A DNA stretch of 62,173 bases, the filler included, from Dirinaria sp. TL-2023a (taxonomy: Eukaryota), in NCBI GenBank assembly GCA_051941275.1. It is 6 parts of 6 records of this genome, joined end to end, with 100 filler letters (N's around TTAATTAATTAA, not from the genome) between each part and the next. Parts side by side here need not be neighbours in the genome. Positions count along the whole stretch, not along the records: positions 10,411 to 20,709 come from JAVEBF010000953.1; positions 20,810 to 31,100 come from JAVEBF010000954.1; 4 more parts are not named here. The stretch is one strand, 5' to 3'. The position numbers were made by a program, and so were the translations under genes. Below are positions 11,583-23,917 of this stretch, in pieces. Within the stretch, counting starts at the first letter, position 1. Every line of letters starts with the position of its first letter. Below the pieces are notes generated by a model, which worked only from the letters and a program-made list of their open reading frames with translations, did not search any database and was not told where the DNA came from.

Positions 11583-12953
11583 TCAAAGCCTGTTTCGCTT
11601 GCAGCGAGCACATACTCTAAGCAGACAGTTCGGACATTCTAAGATGAAAAGCCTCACACGGCCACTGCATTGTTCGCAGACTGCCCTTCCGTTTATTCTA
11701 CGCCACCAACCTCCGTGGTCACAATCATGTTGCTCCCGAAGCGCCCTTGCAACCTGTTGGAGTATTTCTTGTCTGGGTAACGCCGGCCCAGCTTGAACGT
11801 CGTAATCCCTGTCCACGATTAGTTGTGCCTGGTGAAGTAATCGGTCGGGATCGAAGTGGGCACAGCTGCAGCGTTTCCATTGCTGACCACACTCATAACA
11901 GAATTGGTGACCACACCGACACCTAGTCATTGATTAGAGTGTCAGCAAACAAGCTACAGTGACAGAAGAGAAAAATTAGCCCACGTGATATGGTTGCATC
12001 CTATGCCCAATTCTACCATATTCTGACACCGCCCGCATCGCTGCCATCTAGACTCCTGCGCAAGTCTAATTGTGTCTTCGAAGGGGTTGTGCCGGGGGCA
12101 TGCTCCAGGATGCGCTTCTCTCTTGCACATGATGCAGGTCTGCCTTCCACAGCCTGGTTTGGGGCAAGTAGCTGCCGAGCCATGTATTCGACTAGGATTA
12201 ACAAATGCTGCGCATGAAGGGTCGCAGCAGTACGTCCGATTCAGAGTGCCGTATTCAATCGCTTTCTGCTCGAAGCCAGCGGTGAGGCGGGAATTCAGGA
12301 AATGTCTAATCATGGAGACAGGAATGTGCTGACGGCAGCACCGCGGCGGGAATAGGGACTCGTCGATCATAGCATCGGCGAAGAGGCGACGAATACAGTC
12401 GCGGCAGTAGAGGTGTTAGCACGGTACCTTAACGACATTTTTCATTTCCTGGCAAGAAACACACTCTTTTGGAGTAATAGGACTTTTATTTGCTCCTCGA
12501 CTCGCGGCCCAAACAGAACTTTCAGCCTCACAGCTTTCTGAGAAATCCAATGACTGTACAGTATCGCTATCACTATCGTCGTTGATGTTAATCGTGCTTA
12601 ACTTGGCTATGATATCATCGTCTACCACCAGAGAGTCCGTTCGACAGGATGGTTGAGGTGTCCGCCCACTCAGGCGACATGCCAATTCGTGGTCGGCAGC
12701 TGCGTTGTCTCCTCGCTAGCGAGAATCACAATGCTCGCTCCGTCATCTTGGACCGCTCTGTGGATACTTTGGGCTAGTCTGTGGTCAGCCATGCGGCAAT
12801 TGGCCTGTTCGCATTCTTCCTTTTGCAGTTGAAGAGCTACGTCCCCATCGGAAGGTTCATCAGTTTCTCGGCCTTTCCCTTTCGATTTTGATGTAATTTC
12901 CTTAAGATCCTCCAGCTGAGTGCTAAAATCAGTTCCGCTGTTTCCTCGTCCAT
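11583..12953 (-). pseudogene. RBR/IBR (Ariadne-like) E3 ubiquitin ligase with two frameshifts and one nonsense codon
   Basis: RING1 CVSC..VPC*HLYCRDC..DESLFPPRCC, IBR RTYCCDPSC..TCIMCKREAH, RING2 WQRCGRCQNMVELGIGCNHIT/CRCGHQFCYECG. In-frame TAA at 12416-12418 and single-base losses near 12915 and 12710. The intron at about 11924-11985 is intact. Confidence 0.85.
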
Positions 12954-15335
12954 TATAATGGTCTGAAACGAAACTTGGCTCGGTGTGCCTGGCCTGGAGG
13001 AGGATCTGTCAAGACGAGGGGGTTTTAAATGAGAGTATGTCCATGTGAAGGTTATTTGGTGCGTTGACAACTGCACGCGCCTGCTATTGGATTCGCGTCA
13101 ACAGTCTCGCAGCACTAATTCGTAATTATGCGAGGAAGATCGAACAAAAACAAGATGGTTTCTTGAAATCTGTAGGTGACTTGGTAACTTGATTGTCTGT
13201 CGCTCAAAATCTGGTACCCACAACGGAAGCTACTTGTTAGACTGTCGGCAGGACTTTGAAAGTGAAGTTCACCACTTCAGAAATCGTATTGATGTGAGCA
13301 TGAGAAGGGAAGAAGCATTTAGAGAGAGCTTGCTTTTCGACCCTTTTGAGGCCTTCCAGCATGGCCAGGCTTGCCACTACAATCTGAAGTATCTTTAGGA
13401 TCTTTGTTTCGTCACAAATTTGATGAAGAAAGTTCGAAGTCAATGGTCGGTCACTTATGAGTCTGCCAATAAGCATTCCTTGTGACCAAGCCTTTCTCGA
13501 AAGTGAAGTTTCAGCACCTTATCCCGTGAAATCTTATTCACGATGTGAACGCTAGTGAGTGTACCGAGGCAGCTACGCTGGCCCTAATCTACTCATCAAG
13601 ATACTCTCCATTACATATGTCTTTTTTGCTCTGTTCGAATTTGATCTCTTCGGCTATTTGAGTATCACCATCCATCCACACTCGTCTGGTAGGTCAATCT
13701 TCGGTTGGGAAGGGCGCCTTCAATGTTGCGCTGCTTGCTCCGCCTACACGACTCAAATGTCAAATTTTGAACGATATTCGTCCGTCTTCATCACTGCACC
13801 AGGCTTGCTCCTCGGCACGGAGTCCATGCTCACACATTGCGAGGGGAAAGTGTGATTGTAAGCAATCTCGATTTAGGCAGTGAAACGTCAACTTTTGAGA
13901 TGCCACCCGCTATCATCTTCTCCAGGGTTTCAAACTGTAGCATCCAAAGACAATCCCTCTGAAATTGAATAAACTACAAAGGTAGCATGCGAACGAGCAT
14001 CAAAGAATGTGGAGCACAATAATGAGGCATATCTCGCCACGAAATGACGGGAAACTCCCATAAATCTTTTCTCTCCCAGCCTTCATATACTACGCATATC
14101 GAGAACCTTAAGCAACCAATGTTCTAGGTAAAGTAAAATGTACCTGTCTCCTCAGCAGCTTCTTTCATCAAGATCTGTACAGGAAATGCTTGTGAGTCGC
14201 ACGATAGTCTCTTTAAATACAATCCATCAATGTTTTTCAATGTTGCAATCTTCTTTTATTTTCTCCACTATGTTAGCCATGATGTCTCATTAACTCAACA
14301 AAGCTGCTAGGCACTCCAGGCCGTAAATAATTGGCCCAGTCACTATCTAGCCATGCGAGTCGAAGTGTTTAATGTTGAAGCAAGGCGATCCACTTCCCAC
14401 ATAATCCATATCCAAAATTTGGCCTACTAAGCAGCATAATTCATCTTCAATTTAAAAGGAAATGAAGAGAAGAATGGGAGCGTCAACGAAAAGCCGAATC
14501 CTGCTTCTTCAACAAGAAAAACCATCAAGCCAATCAGGATTGATGGATGAGATTTTTTTTCACCTGACCTTACCTTACGTGCTAATTCGAAGGAAAACAT
14601 AAAAAAAAAATTTCGCTATCGTACTCCTCCTACGATAGCTCTCGTTTGATGTTAGTAACAATATCCAACCTCCATCGTACCTTACTACCTCTCAATCATC
14701 AATCTTTAAAAGACCCTTTGAAATTTGAACGTACGGACAACGTGGAATAGTCAAGCTAAAGCAACACATACACCCCAAAAGGGATATTTCTCCATCGGAA
14801 CATTGACATATCTCGCACAGAACTCAAGATGTCCCGCTATGTATGACTCCGTATTTCAATTGATTACCCAGGGCAAGGGAATCGATATCTTCATTCGAAA
14901 AATCTGGGCAGCGGAGCAGCTTTCTAATCTTCATCAGCAGTTGAAAGGCTGTTCTCTACGCCTGCTTGCTGGATTTAGTGGGACATTATATAAAAGTTAT
15001 GTTAGGTAAATTTTGACGTGGGGTGGTATACAAGGTGGTAGGGATAAGACTGTTATGCCAGAGGAGCCGAAAATGCATGGGATTCGAAGCCGTTGCGTGA
15101 AATTGCTAGGGAACTTGGAGTGTGGTTGAGTCAACGGAGAAGGAGGGATTGAAGTCAAGCTGCCTTTACTGATGGGGAAAAAAAAGATCGGGACAGTTTA
15201 CTTGGAGCATATATTTTACATAACTCGACAGGCTAATGATAAGGGAATGAGTGTGATGAGTTACATATCAATTTAGAGAAAAAAACTTTTTCTTCTCATA
15301 TGTAAACGCTTCTCCTCTATGTATGTTTATTACAC

Positions 15336-16245
15336 TCACACATCAAATTTCGAAGAATACCCCTTATCATTCATCCCCACCGCCCGCTTCGGGCCCGTGT
15401 AAACCCAATGCGAAAGAACATGATGGCAGCGCCCGAAGATGCGTTTCTGTTTGGCATCCTTGGATTCGGAGCTACATATGAACTCGACGCCGGGTTTTTC
15501 TTCCCACGGTCTAGTAAGTAGGAGATAGCATGCTAGACACCGATCTCGGTATTCTTCTGCGGCCTCTTCCGGGTGCGATCCTGGGATCACGATGGATGAT
15601 CCTTTATCTTCTTCGGTGACGGAAGACCAGTGGAAGTCCCAGTTGTTGAAGTCGAGGGTGGGACTTGACCCGCTCTGATATTTGTATGTGACTCGCACGT
15701 AGGGGTCTTTGTGGCGACGGGTGGCGCCGTCGTCGCGGATCTCTTTTTCGTAAAGGCTGAGCTGTAAGGAAGGCGTGCTGTTAGTACTGGAATCATGATT
15801 TGGGGGGACGAAGGTGCGATCCAAGGGGAAGGGGGGGGGGGCGAAGACGTACCGTTATCACGGCACCCCAACGTTTGACCTACAAATCAAACCGCTCCTG
15901 CCCTCTCGAAAACCGATTGAATGTCACGATCCAACTCTCGTTACCCAAGGGCGTGTAAAAGGCATGGAGGAACATAGGATCCCAGTTGAAGAGGATGGTC
16001 AGGATCGCGTCCATGACTCGAAGCCGGGAGCAGTCTGTGTCAGCGGTGAACCGCAACGACGAGTGCCAGACATCAATCAAACGGGGACGGCCCGCACGAT
16101 ATTCTGAGGGGAATGAAACCAAGTTGCCGGTGAAGATTCCAAGCGGCTTTCCAACTGAAGGAGCTGCTGCGAAAGGATCCTTGTGAACAGTAGATGCTGG
16201 GTCTTGGACAGTGCTGTAAACTTTGCCGCTGAGTTACTCTGCCAT
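15336..16245 (-). CDS. Multi-exon hypothetical protein, possibly inactivated (TAA at codon 4 after ATG 16245)
   Basis: Introns GTAACG..TTGTAG and GTACGT..ACTAAC..TACAG splice the ORFs into ..FLHAFYTPLG-QTLGAVIT-LSLYEKEIRDDG..CLACYLLLTRPW. No family recognised. Confidence 0.5.
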
Positions 16246-18112
16246 AGTGTATGCGGACGTTGGGATGTACTGGGTGTATCTTTTGGATAGGCGTGGTATG
16301 GGCGAAGATGTATGATAGACTTTAGCAGCTGTTATTTGAACGAAGGGTAATGAGGAAACGAGCTGGAGTACGATATTAATGTGAAGGGTAAATTCCAGCA
16401 AGCCTGCTTGCTGGAATTTCGATGATGCTGAGTCTTATTATTGGAAGGATAGTGGATTCCAGTCCAGTGTGAGTAAGAGGAGCGAAGTTACTGCTGACAG
16501 TGGGAGAGAGGTGTCCTCCATTATGTATTGAGCGTGACTGTAGAGCTGGAGCTGAAGAAAGATAGTCACCAGCATGGCCAGGCCTTTGGTCATGAATTCA
16601 GGTTCCATTTCTGTGTATCATACTGTACATTAGTGAAAGAGCGGTCACTAGATTATCGTGATGATAGCCTGGAATTTCCGTTGCACCTGCTATACAATGC
16701 CCCCTGAAACGGCATGAGCGGTCACCATACGACTCAGAGACTTGAAGAGGCCAATTCATCTAGAAGATCAATCAATCATTGTTTGTAAGATCAATCTCAA
16801 GCTTTCGACAAACTGAACTTCCTTCTGAATGGAGACTAGCGAAACGTGTTCGATTCACTTGCGATGCATTGTGATGAAATTTGTTTTGAGTCAAACATAT
16901 CTTGCCGGCAGATTCCTGCTGCTCGTTACTGACCAGCCCTGGTTCACGCCGATCGATTTTTCGTCTTCCCGACTTTTGTTGGTGAAGCTTGTGGCCTGCG
17001 CGGCCAACCGGTATGAGCCCATTATTTCCACGCCATTGTCATTGAATCACTACTCTTTGCATTCCAACAAAGATGGAAGGGAAGCGGCTTGACTTGGAGG
17101 TTGGGCTCAATTGCATATGATGAAAAGCGTCGAAATGCGTGGAGAAACTTTAAGGAATATGATACATGGATTCGTCTTCAACTCTGAATATCCCGTCTGA
17201 GTATTCTTCTCCAACTAAAGAGATATTGCTAACATGCCCGTGTAACTTATGATTTTTTCGGTATCAATCGTATTATCATTCTGATGCTGCCGCCCACAGA
17301 CTACTTTAGAAAGCATTCCAGGCCTTCTTTGTCCAGAATATAGTAGGGAAGCTTGAGTATTCATATGCGATGTGCCAGTGTAAAGAAGCGAGAGAAGGTA
17401 TCTCTATGGGCCCGAAACCTTGGGGGTTTACGCTACTATATTTTAGTAGTCGATTGTGAATTTCTCAAAATAGCAAGTACATGTGAACAATCAAGAGTTC
17501 ACTGAGGATTACGCGACCAGAAGTAATCGGTCATTTGTAGATATGATCACTGAGGTACCAGATTTTCAATTTTGGTTTAAGGAATCTAGGGCTGCTTCAG
17601 GGTCTTCACCAAACTACCTTCGTACTCATACTCCGGTGCCCACTACATCTATTAATTTTCAATGCCTCAAAGCTATCGAGGCAACAATCGTGCGTCGACC
17701 TCAATTGATTTGATCATACAAAAATTCAAGGATATGCCGACACAAATATCCCAAGGATCGGCCAACCAATGAGGCATCTTGTCAGATACTGCATGAAGAT
17801 TGATTGGTCGACTGCCTCCACCCCCGAGCCCAGCCGCACCTTGATCAGGATTCGCTCCGAGTGTTTTGATTGATCGAAAAGTAAAGGTATCCCATGCTTG
17901 GGATGCGAGGTATTTAGCGCGCAATGTGTAAAGAAGGATCTCTCCCTTTCCCTTTACCCTTTAACACCCGTTCGAAGCCAAAATCCCTGACCATGGCTAT
18001 CTCTGAGCACGCCATGAGCCGAAAAGCCACTCTCAATACCGCGCTATCACTATCAATACTATCCTATACATTCTCATTAGTAGCTTGATTAGATCGGACG
18101 TGATTATGGACG

Positions 18113-19719
18113 ATGGGCAATTTGCGATCATACTCCAAGGGTTGCAAAACCTGTCTGAAACGAAGAGTCAAATGCGTAAGTCTTAAGATAATCATATGTT
18201 CAGGACTTTTGGATCATGAAAGCCAGAGCACTAACTTCCAGAATGTTGTAGGACGGGAGACATCCAACATGCAAGCGCTGCGAAAAAGGAAGCTTCCAGT
18301 GTGAGGGATATGCGAGAGAAACCTTCATCGATAGCAGGGAGCAAATCATGAAGCGGTTCGCATCGAGCCATACTAACGGCCCAAGAACCTCGTTTGCCTT
18401 GCAGTCTCGGGAAGAAATATACGTGCTGTTCACGGTCCAAAACCTGTCCAAAGGCCCATCAGCCGTGATGTACCGCGATGTCTTCTCGTCTAATCCTTCT
18501 GATCCTGCTTCCCATCGCCCCATGATGAATCAGTGTTTGTTGGCAGAGGCAACATCCTTCTACGGGCTCCATAATCGTCAGAGCAGGATTCTGCAAGACG
18601 GACTGCGTCAATATGGCCGAGGACTCAGTATGCTCCGCAGTGCCTTGATTAAGGACACTTGCAATGTCACGCCCGAGATCATCGTCTCCGCTTTCGCGTT
18701 AAGTGTAGTTGAGGTGTGTTTCCTACATTTCTAAATTTGCCGTTGTTTAGTATCCTTTCCTGACAAAGGTCATGTAGAGTATGATACCTAACAGCAAGTC
18801 TTCATGGCTGGCACACATTCGCGGTCTCGAGCGTCTCTTCGCCTTGCACAAGCCATTGACGACTGAAACCAGTACTGAACTAGGCAGTGCGATGCTAGCA
18901 ACATGCCGTCCACTGCTTATCATCGGCTCCTTTTTCACTCAGACGCCATCCGTTATGCGCCAGCCAGAGTGGAAGGCAAACGCCCCTCCTCAGGCTCCAG
19001 ACGAGAACGCCATCTTGTCAGCTTCGGCTCCTGATATCGACCTGCTGATGGGGGTACTTGCCGAAATCCCCCAGCTATTCTCAGACGGCAACGAGCTCAC
19101 CAGACTCTCGGATGAAGAACGCTCACCTGCACTATTTGCGCGGGTCTCCAATCTCTGGGCAAGAAAAAAAAGCATGCAGCAAAATCTCGAAACCTGGCAC
19201 TCAAAGTGGTACACGGCCCACCAAGAGCAGATCTCCGAAACAGTACCCACGACTCGACTAAACACCACCCACGCCACGCCATGGACAACCGTCTACTCCT
19301 TCTACAACCCCACCCTTGCAATCTTGTTCAGCTTGTACCACAGCATCATCCTCCTGCTCAATAGCATCCCACTCTCCCTCCTCAAAGCCGGTCTCCCTGA
19401 TCCCTCACCCTCGACTCCTTGGAACCTCTCGGACGGCGAATCGCCCCTATCCGCCACACAAACCTCCATCCACAGCATCAGCCGCAGTATTGAGTACTAT
19501 CTCCAATCCCTGGCCCCTTCCCAAGCTCCAGTCGATTATTACCTCTTCTTCCCCATACACGTCGCCCGACGAGCATGTGTTCAGCAGGGATATCCCGCCG
19601 AGCTCGCCTGGCTGGACGAGGCCTACGCAGCGATGAAAGCCAGGTATACCCAGGGGGTGTGGGCGAAAATGGATTTCGCCGACCGGTTCAGCGGGCTTCA
19701 GGAGGGATTGTTTGGGTAG
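18113..19719 (+). CDS. Zn(II)2Cys6 transcription factor with fungal-specific C-terminal domain, three exons
   Basis: SKGCKTCLKRRVKC/DGRHPTCKRCEKGSFQCEGY across intron 18176-18251. Later YGRGLSMLRSAL and WLAHIRGL. Second intron 18714-18777. Confidence 0.9.
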
Positions 19720-20272
19720 ATCCTGTAGAGGCAGCCAGACAGATACTTCGCTTTCGGAGAAATAGATGCATAGGGAGAATAATAATAAGGGCTACGCCCA
19801 AGGGCTCGCCTTTCCCCGGACATCCGCAACGGAAAATTTTTGAGCACTATACTGGATTTCCAACTGGCTATGTGTATATGAACTGGTTATGTGTATATAT
19901 ACCCCATCCCTCCACATAAGTCTAAACGCAAACACTCTTTCTTTTTTTGCACCAAAACCCCCCCGTACTCTGGCGCACTTGGATACAAATCAGTCCACTA
20001 CCTTACCTATATCATCTTTGAAAAATAAAACCGTATATCAACCTCCAAAATTTTTTTCAGACTTTCCCCACTCAGGCTTAAACTCCTACCTTACCTACCT
20101 TATCTACTCCCCCTAGCTTACTTTTCCGCTCCACCCCACCCCACCCCACGGGACGTGCAGCGCGGATCATAACCGCTGGAACAGGCGAGGCTATAGTTCC
20201 AAACCAGCCATTACATAGGAAGCCCTTGTTTCACGCACACCCCGAGAATGCAGTTCATTTATATCGAATTGG

Positions 20273-20709
20273 TTAGCGGTCGGTCGCGGAGGCAAAAAAA
20301 ACCGGCATCTGAACCGCCGGCATCGCCGGCTCGAATCCGAACCGGACCTCGAGATCGATGCGGCTGCCATCGGGGCGGCGGAGCGCAGGCAGCACCGCGA
20401 GAACCGCGGCGGGAAGGCCGGTGCGGCTGCGTTCGCCGGCCGCATCGGCGCCGAGCGCGTCGATCACGGCATCCGGCGGAACGCCGCCGGTGACGGCATG
20501 CAGGCGGAAACGCCCGTCCCACAGGACCCCGGGCCGTGCCGGAACCGGGCCCTGCAGCTGTGCCGCCTCGCGTAGCAGGATCCAACCGGGGCCGAGCCGG
20601 CCCGCCGGCACCAGGCGCACGCCGGCCAGGGTCGCAGGCCGGGGATTGCGGATCAGGGCGGCAACGGAGTCCGGCATCGGCGGATAGGCGGCGGCGCCGA
20701 CGGTGCGGA
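20273..20709 (-). CDS. tilS: 3' fragment of bacterial tRNA(Ile)-lysidine synthetase, Acetobacteraceae-like, truncated by contig end
   Basis: Very GC-rich and intronless. Translation RTVGAAAYPPMPDSVAALIRNPRPATLAGVRLVPAGRLGPGWILLREAA..PARPGVLWDGRFRL..LPAAVLAVLPALR matches, from recall, the alphaproteobacterial TilS C-terminus (ATLxG, REAA, WDGRF, LPAL). Confidence 0.8.
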
Positions 20710-20809
20710 NNNNNNNNNNNNNNNNNNNNNNNNNNNNNNNNNNNNNNNNNNNNTTAATTAATTAANNNNNNNNNNNNNNNNNNNNNNNNNNNNNNNNNNN
20801 NNNNNNNNN
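20710..20809. other. Artificial contig spacer
   Basis: N44-TTAATTAATTAA-N44. Confidence 0.99.
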
Positions 20810-20843
20810 TGGCGTTGCCGGCGCCGCCGCGGCCGAAGGTCAT
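20810..20843 (-). CDS. 5' stub of a DUF3602/Par32-like protein, truncated at the contig edge
   Basis: CCAAAATG context, then MTFGRGGAGNA. GRGGAGN is the signature motif of DUF3602. Only 11 codons are visible. Confidence 0.6.
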
Positions 20844-21505
20844 TTTGGAAGAGGCGGTTGGGTGTGGTTCCGAGAGGCGGATGGGCATTATATTTTTTCC
20901 GTAAGGGAGATGGAGTTAATGATAATGTGTCGCTGGTGGTAGACGAAGAGCTATGTGGCTTGTCGATGAGGTTGATTTGGGTTTGGATTGGATGAAGATT
21001 GGTTGTAAGGAGATTTGAGTACAAGGGACTTGTATTCTTCAGGGACGATGATGGGAAGGGTTGGATGACTTGAGGAGAATCTTATAGCTGAAGAATGAAG
21101 CAGAAAGAGGACCTTATATAACTAAGGTGTGCAGTAAATCTGGGCCATCCAAATGGCCACGATGTGACGCCCGAGGACCACAGCTCTGACTCCGCGGTTC
21201 CAAGGTCGCATCATCATTATTGTTATGCCAGGGGAAATGCTCCATAACCACACTCACTATTCCGTTAACTGGAAATACTATGCCGTTAACTGAAAGCGCT
21301 TTGAAATTTTTCGCGGTCACGTTGCACACATGTGCTCGTCAATAATCAACAAGTACGAAGCTTACGAGCGAGTCGAGCGACGCGCCTTGCAGTTAACGGC
21401 AACCCCAAGCCACTGCGCCTCGGTCGGGGGATAAAGCGGCAAGCAGTCCGGCCCCCGTCATCATGTGGCCATTGCACGCCATGATGGCGGAAAGTCAGCG
21501 AAAAG

Positions 21506-22110
21506 ATGGACAATTTTGCGAGCAGTGGTAATGGTGGTAGTGAGGATTGGACCGGGGCGAAGCTGGACTTCAGGCGGAAATGGGTGGAGGATCCAGGAAT
21601 GACGATCGCCGCTTTTGGCGTCGTTCCACCCGGACCAACCACCGGCTTCTTCTCGCCTCACCAGCTTCACCTAAACGGATACGCCCTAATTAGTAATGAC
21701 CCAGTCAAGTGCCAGGCAGTCAGGCACATAGGGGCGTGTCTACGGTGTCTCTGTGACCGACGGACACCGTGTTTGGTTCCCCATCCAATAACTCTGAACG
21801 CTTACGTTCGGCAACTCCAGGCTTGGCAAATCCAATATGCGAGGGGCAGTTTTATGGGGGTAATAGCAACTCCAAAGAAGCGAGGCGCTTGCAACGTGAT
21901 GAATTGGCAGGCTCAGCAGGATCATCAAAGCATGCTCACACCACACTATTGGCATTCTTGTCGCCCCACCACTGGACACACCCAAGAGTGCTGCAGCCTA
22001 CAGGAGCAATATCCTTCAGGATGCACACGTTGTGGTTGTTGTGGAATGAAAGGCTTCTGTCAATAATAATATTAATGAGGCGGGACACTGGCAACTCCTT
22101 GACGACGTGA
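21506..22110 (+). CDS. Hypothetical protein with a partial Zn2Cys6-like motif, structure uncertain
   Basis: AVRHIGACLRCLCDRRTPC resembles the VRxxGACLRCxxxKxxC half of fungal Zn clusters. The second half is not clearly completed. Confidence 0.3.
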
Positions 22111-22559
22111 ACGCCTCGGCCTGTAGGTCCCTTACCTGTATGAGTACCTTACCTAAGGTACTTGAAGGTATGTACCTTATGTACTCTCGATGTACGTAAG
22201 TTTGCAACTATTGCGAGCCGGCCCCTGTACCTTAGTTTCGAAATATTGAGCGGACGAGCTTCCCCGCATTCTCATCTTAGATCCGGTCACACAGCCGTCT
22301 CAGAGGAAGAGCGGTCTGCATGTGGATCTGTTATGGACGGCTAAGGATGGATCTGAACCATGGCGTCGGAACATGTGGATTGATCGTTCCGTGACTTGGA
22401 CGAGTTCGAGATTCGGTCCGGCGTGAACGACTGGACACTTCGCGTGCCTCGCACACGGTTCCTCTCCTGGTTTCGCGTCCTGGGTGTGGAATAGCCGCAG
22501 GCAAGCTGGTAGCGGCATGTCTCGGACCTCTATGCATCGCTTGGACGATGGATCTTCAA

Positions 22560-23917
22560 TTAATTGAATTTGGTGTGGATGATTTCTGGGTTCTCGTGCC
22601 AGTCATCGATGCTGACCCACATCTATTCGCCATGATCAGCACACAGAAGATCAACGCTGCAGCGACAACGGGGCTTACTTTTTTAAAACTGCTCAATCCT
22701 GCGAGAATGCTGCCTCCTATCCACGTACTGTATTTCCGCTCTGGGGGTGCGAATATCTTGATCCGCATGTCTTTAACAGCAAGCCTTTGCACTTCGTGCA
22801 GCAGACGGTCCCCAAACCCTTTTGTAAGCGTTGAGCCACCCGAAAGGACGATATTGCCGAACAAAGACTTGCGGAGGTCCATATCTGTCCGGTTGATAGC
22901 ATCGACGACCATCTGATGAATGCCAGGGTACTCCAGGCCAATGATCTCTGGATCGAATAGTATTTCAGGGGCTCGGAACCGCTCAGCTCCCACCTGGTAA
23001 AATTGTAAGCTGCTAACACGGAAGGTTGGGTCTGGGATAGTCGAGTCTGACCTTGATCTTTTGTCCATCCGGCAACGCATACTCGACGACCTTTCCCTCG
23101 GGTTTTCCCCCATAAGATTGCCATTCTTTCTCTTCTTTCCTGGGTTCCAGTGCAATATATCCCGTTTTCTCCTTGATAGCTCTGACAACCTCCTTTTCTG
23201 CACTTGTATGAAACACATAACCACTTTTGCGAAAAAGCGTTTGCATGTATTCCGTCACATCCCTCCCCGCAACATCAATCCTCCGGATGCTGCTCGGCAT
23301 AGCGAAACCTTCGTAGACTGGTACCGCATGTGAGACTCCGTCCCCAGCATCCAGCACGATGCCAGTAGTCCGCCCAGAGGCATACAGTGACAGGACTGCT
23401 TGGATTGACGTGTAGAGCGCCGGAATGTTGAAGGTTTCAAAGAGGATTTCGGCGGCAGTATCTCGGTTTGAGCGGGGATTCAGTGGAGGTTCTGTAAGCA
23501 AGACTGGATGCTGTTAGATCGGTTGGAAACATTAGTCAAAAAGTATTCGATGGTGGGGGGGAGAGGGGGGAGGGGCGAATGTGACCAAATCTGGGGGCTC
23601 ATCATTCATACCTCCTCGCTCACAGTCTTCAGCTGTTCCGAATACACGAAATGCCATATCTTTTCCATATCATCCCAGTCCGTAACAACGCCATGTTCCA
23701 ATGGATACCGTATCTTGAGCAGGCCTCTGAACTCCTCGACTCTCCGACCGATAAAAATATCTCCCTCTAACGCTCCTGCGAGCACTCTTGTGTGTTTCAA
23801 TCGGCCGACACAGGAAGGAAAGAAACATTTGGGGAGGTCTTCGCCCGCAAAACCTGCTCGGATGGTCCCACTCCCGTTGTCCAGAACGATCGGCGCATTA
23901 TGGAGCGTCTCTGCCAT
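22560..23917 (-). CDS. ARP1: Actin-related protein 1 (centractin, dynactin filament), four exons
   Basis: [103 protein letters not shown] and C-terminal IIHTKFN. Confidence 0.95.

Noticed and set aside
20810..20845. GC-rich stub as continuation of the bacterial fragment
   Set aside because: It is on a different contig and reads MTFGRGGAGN, a fungal DUF3602 motif.
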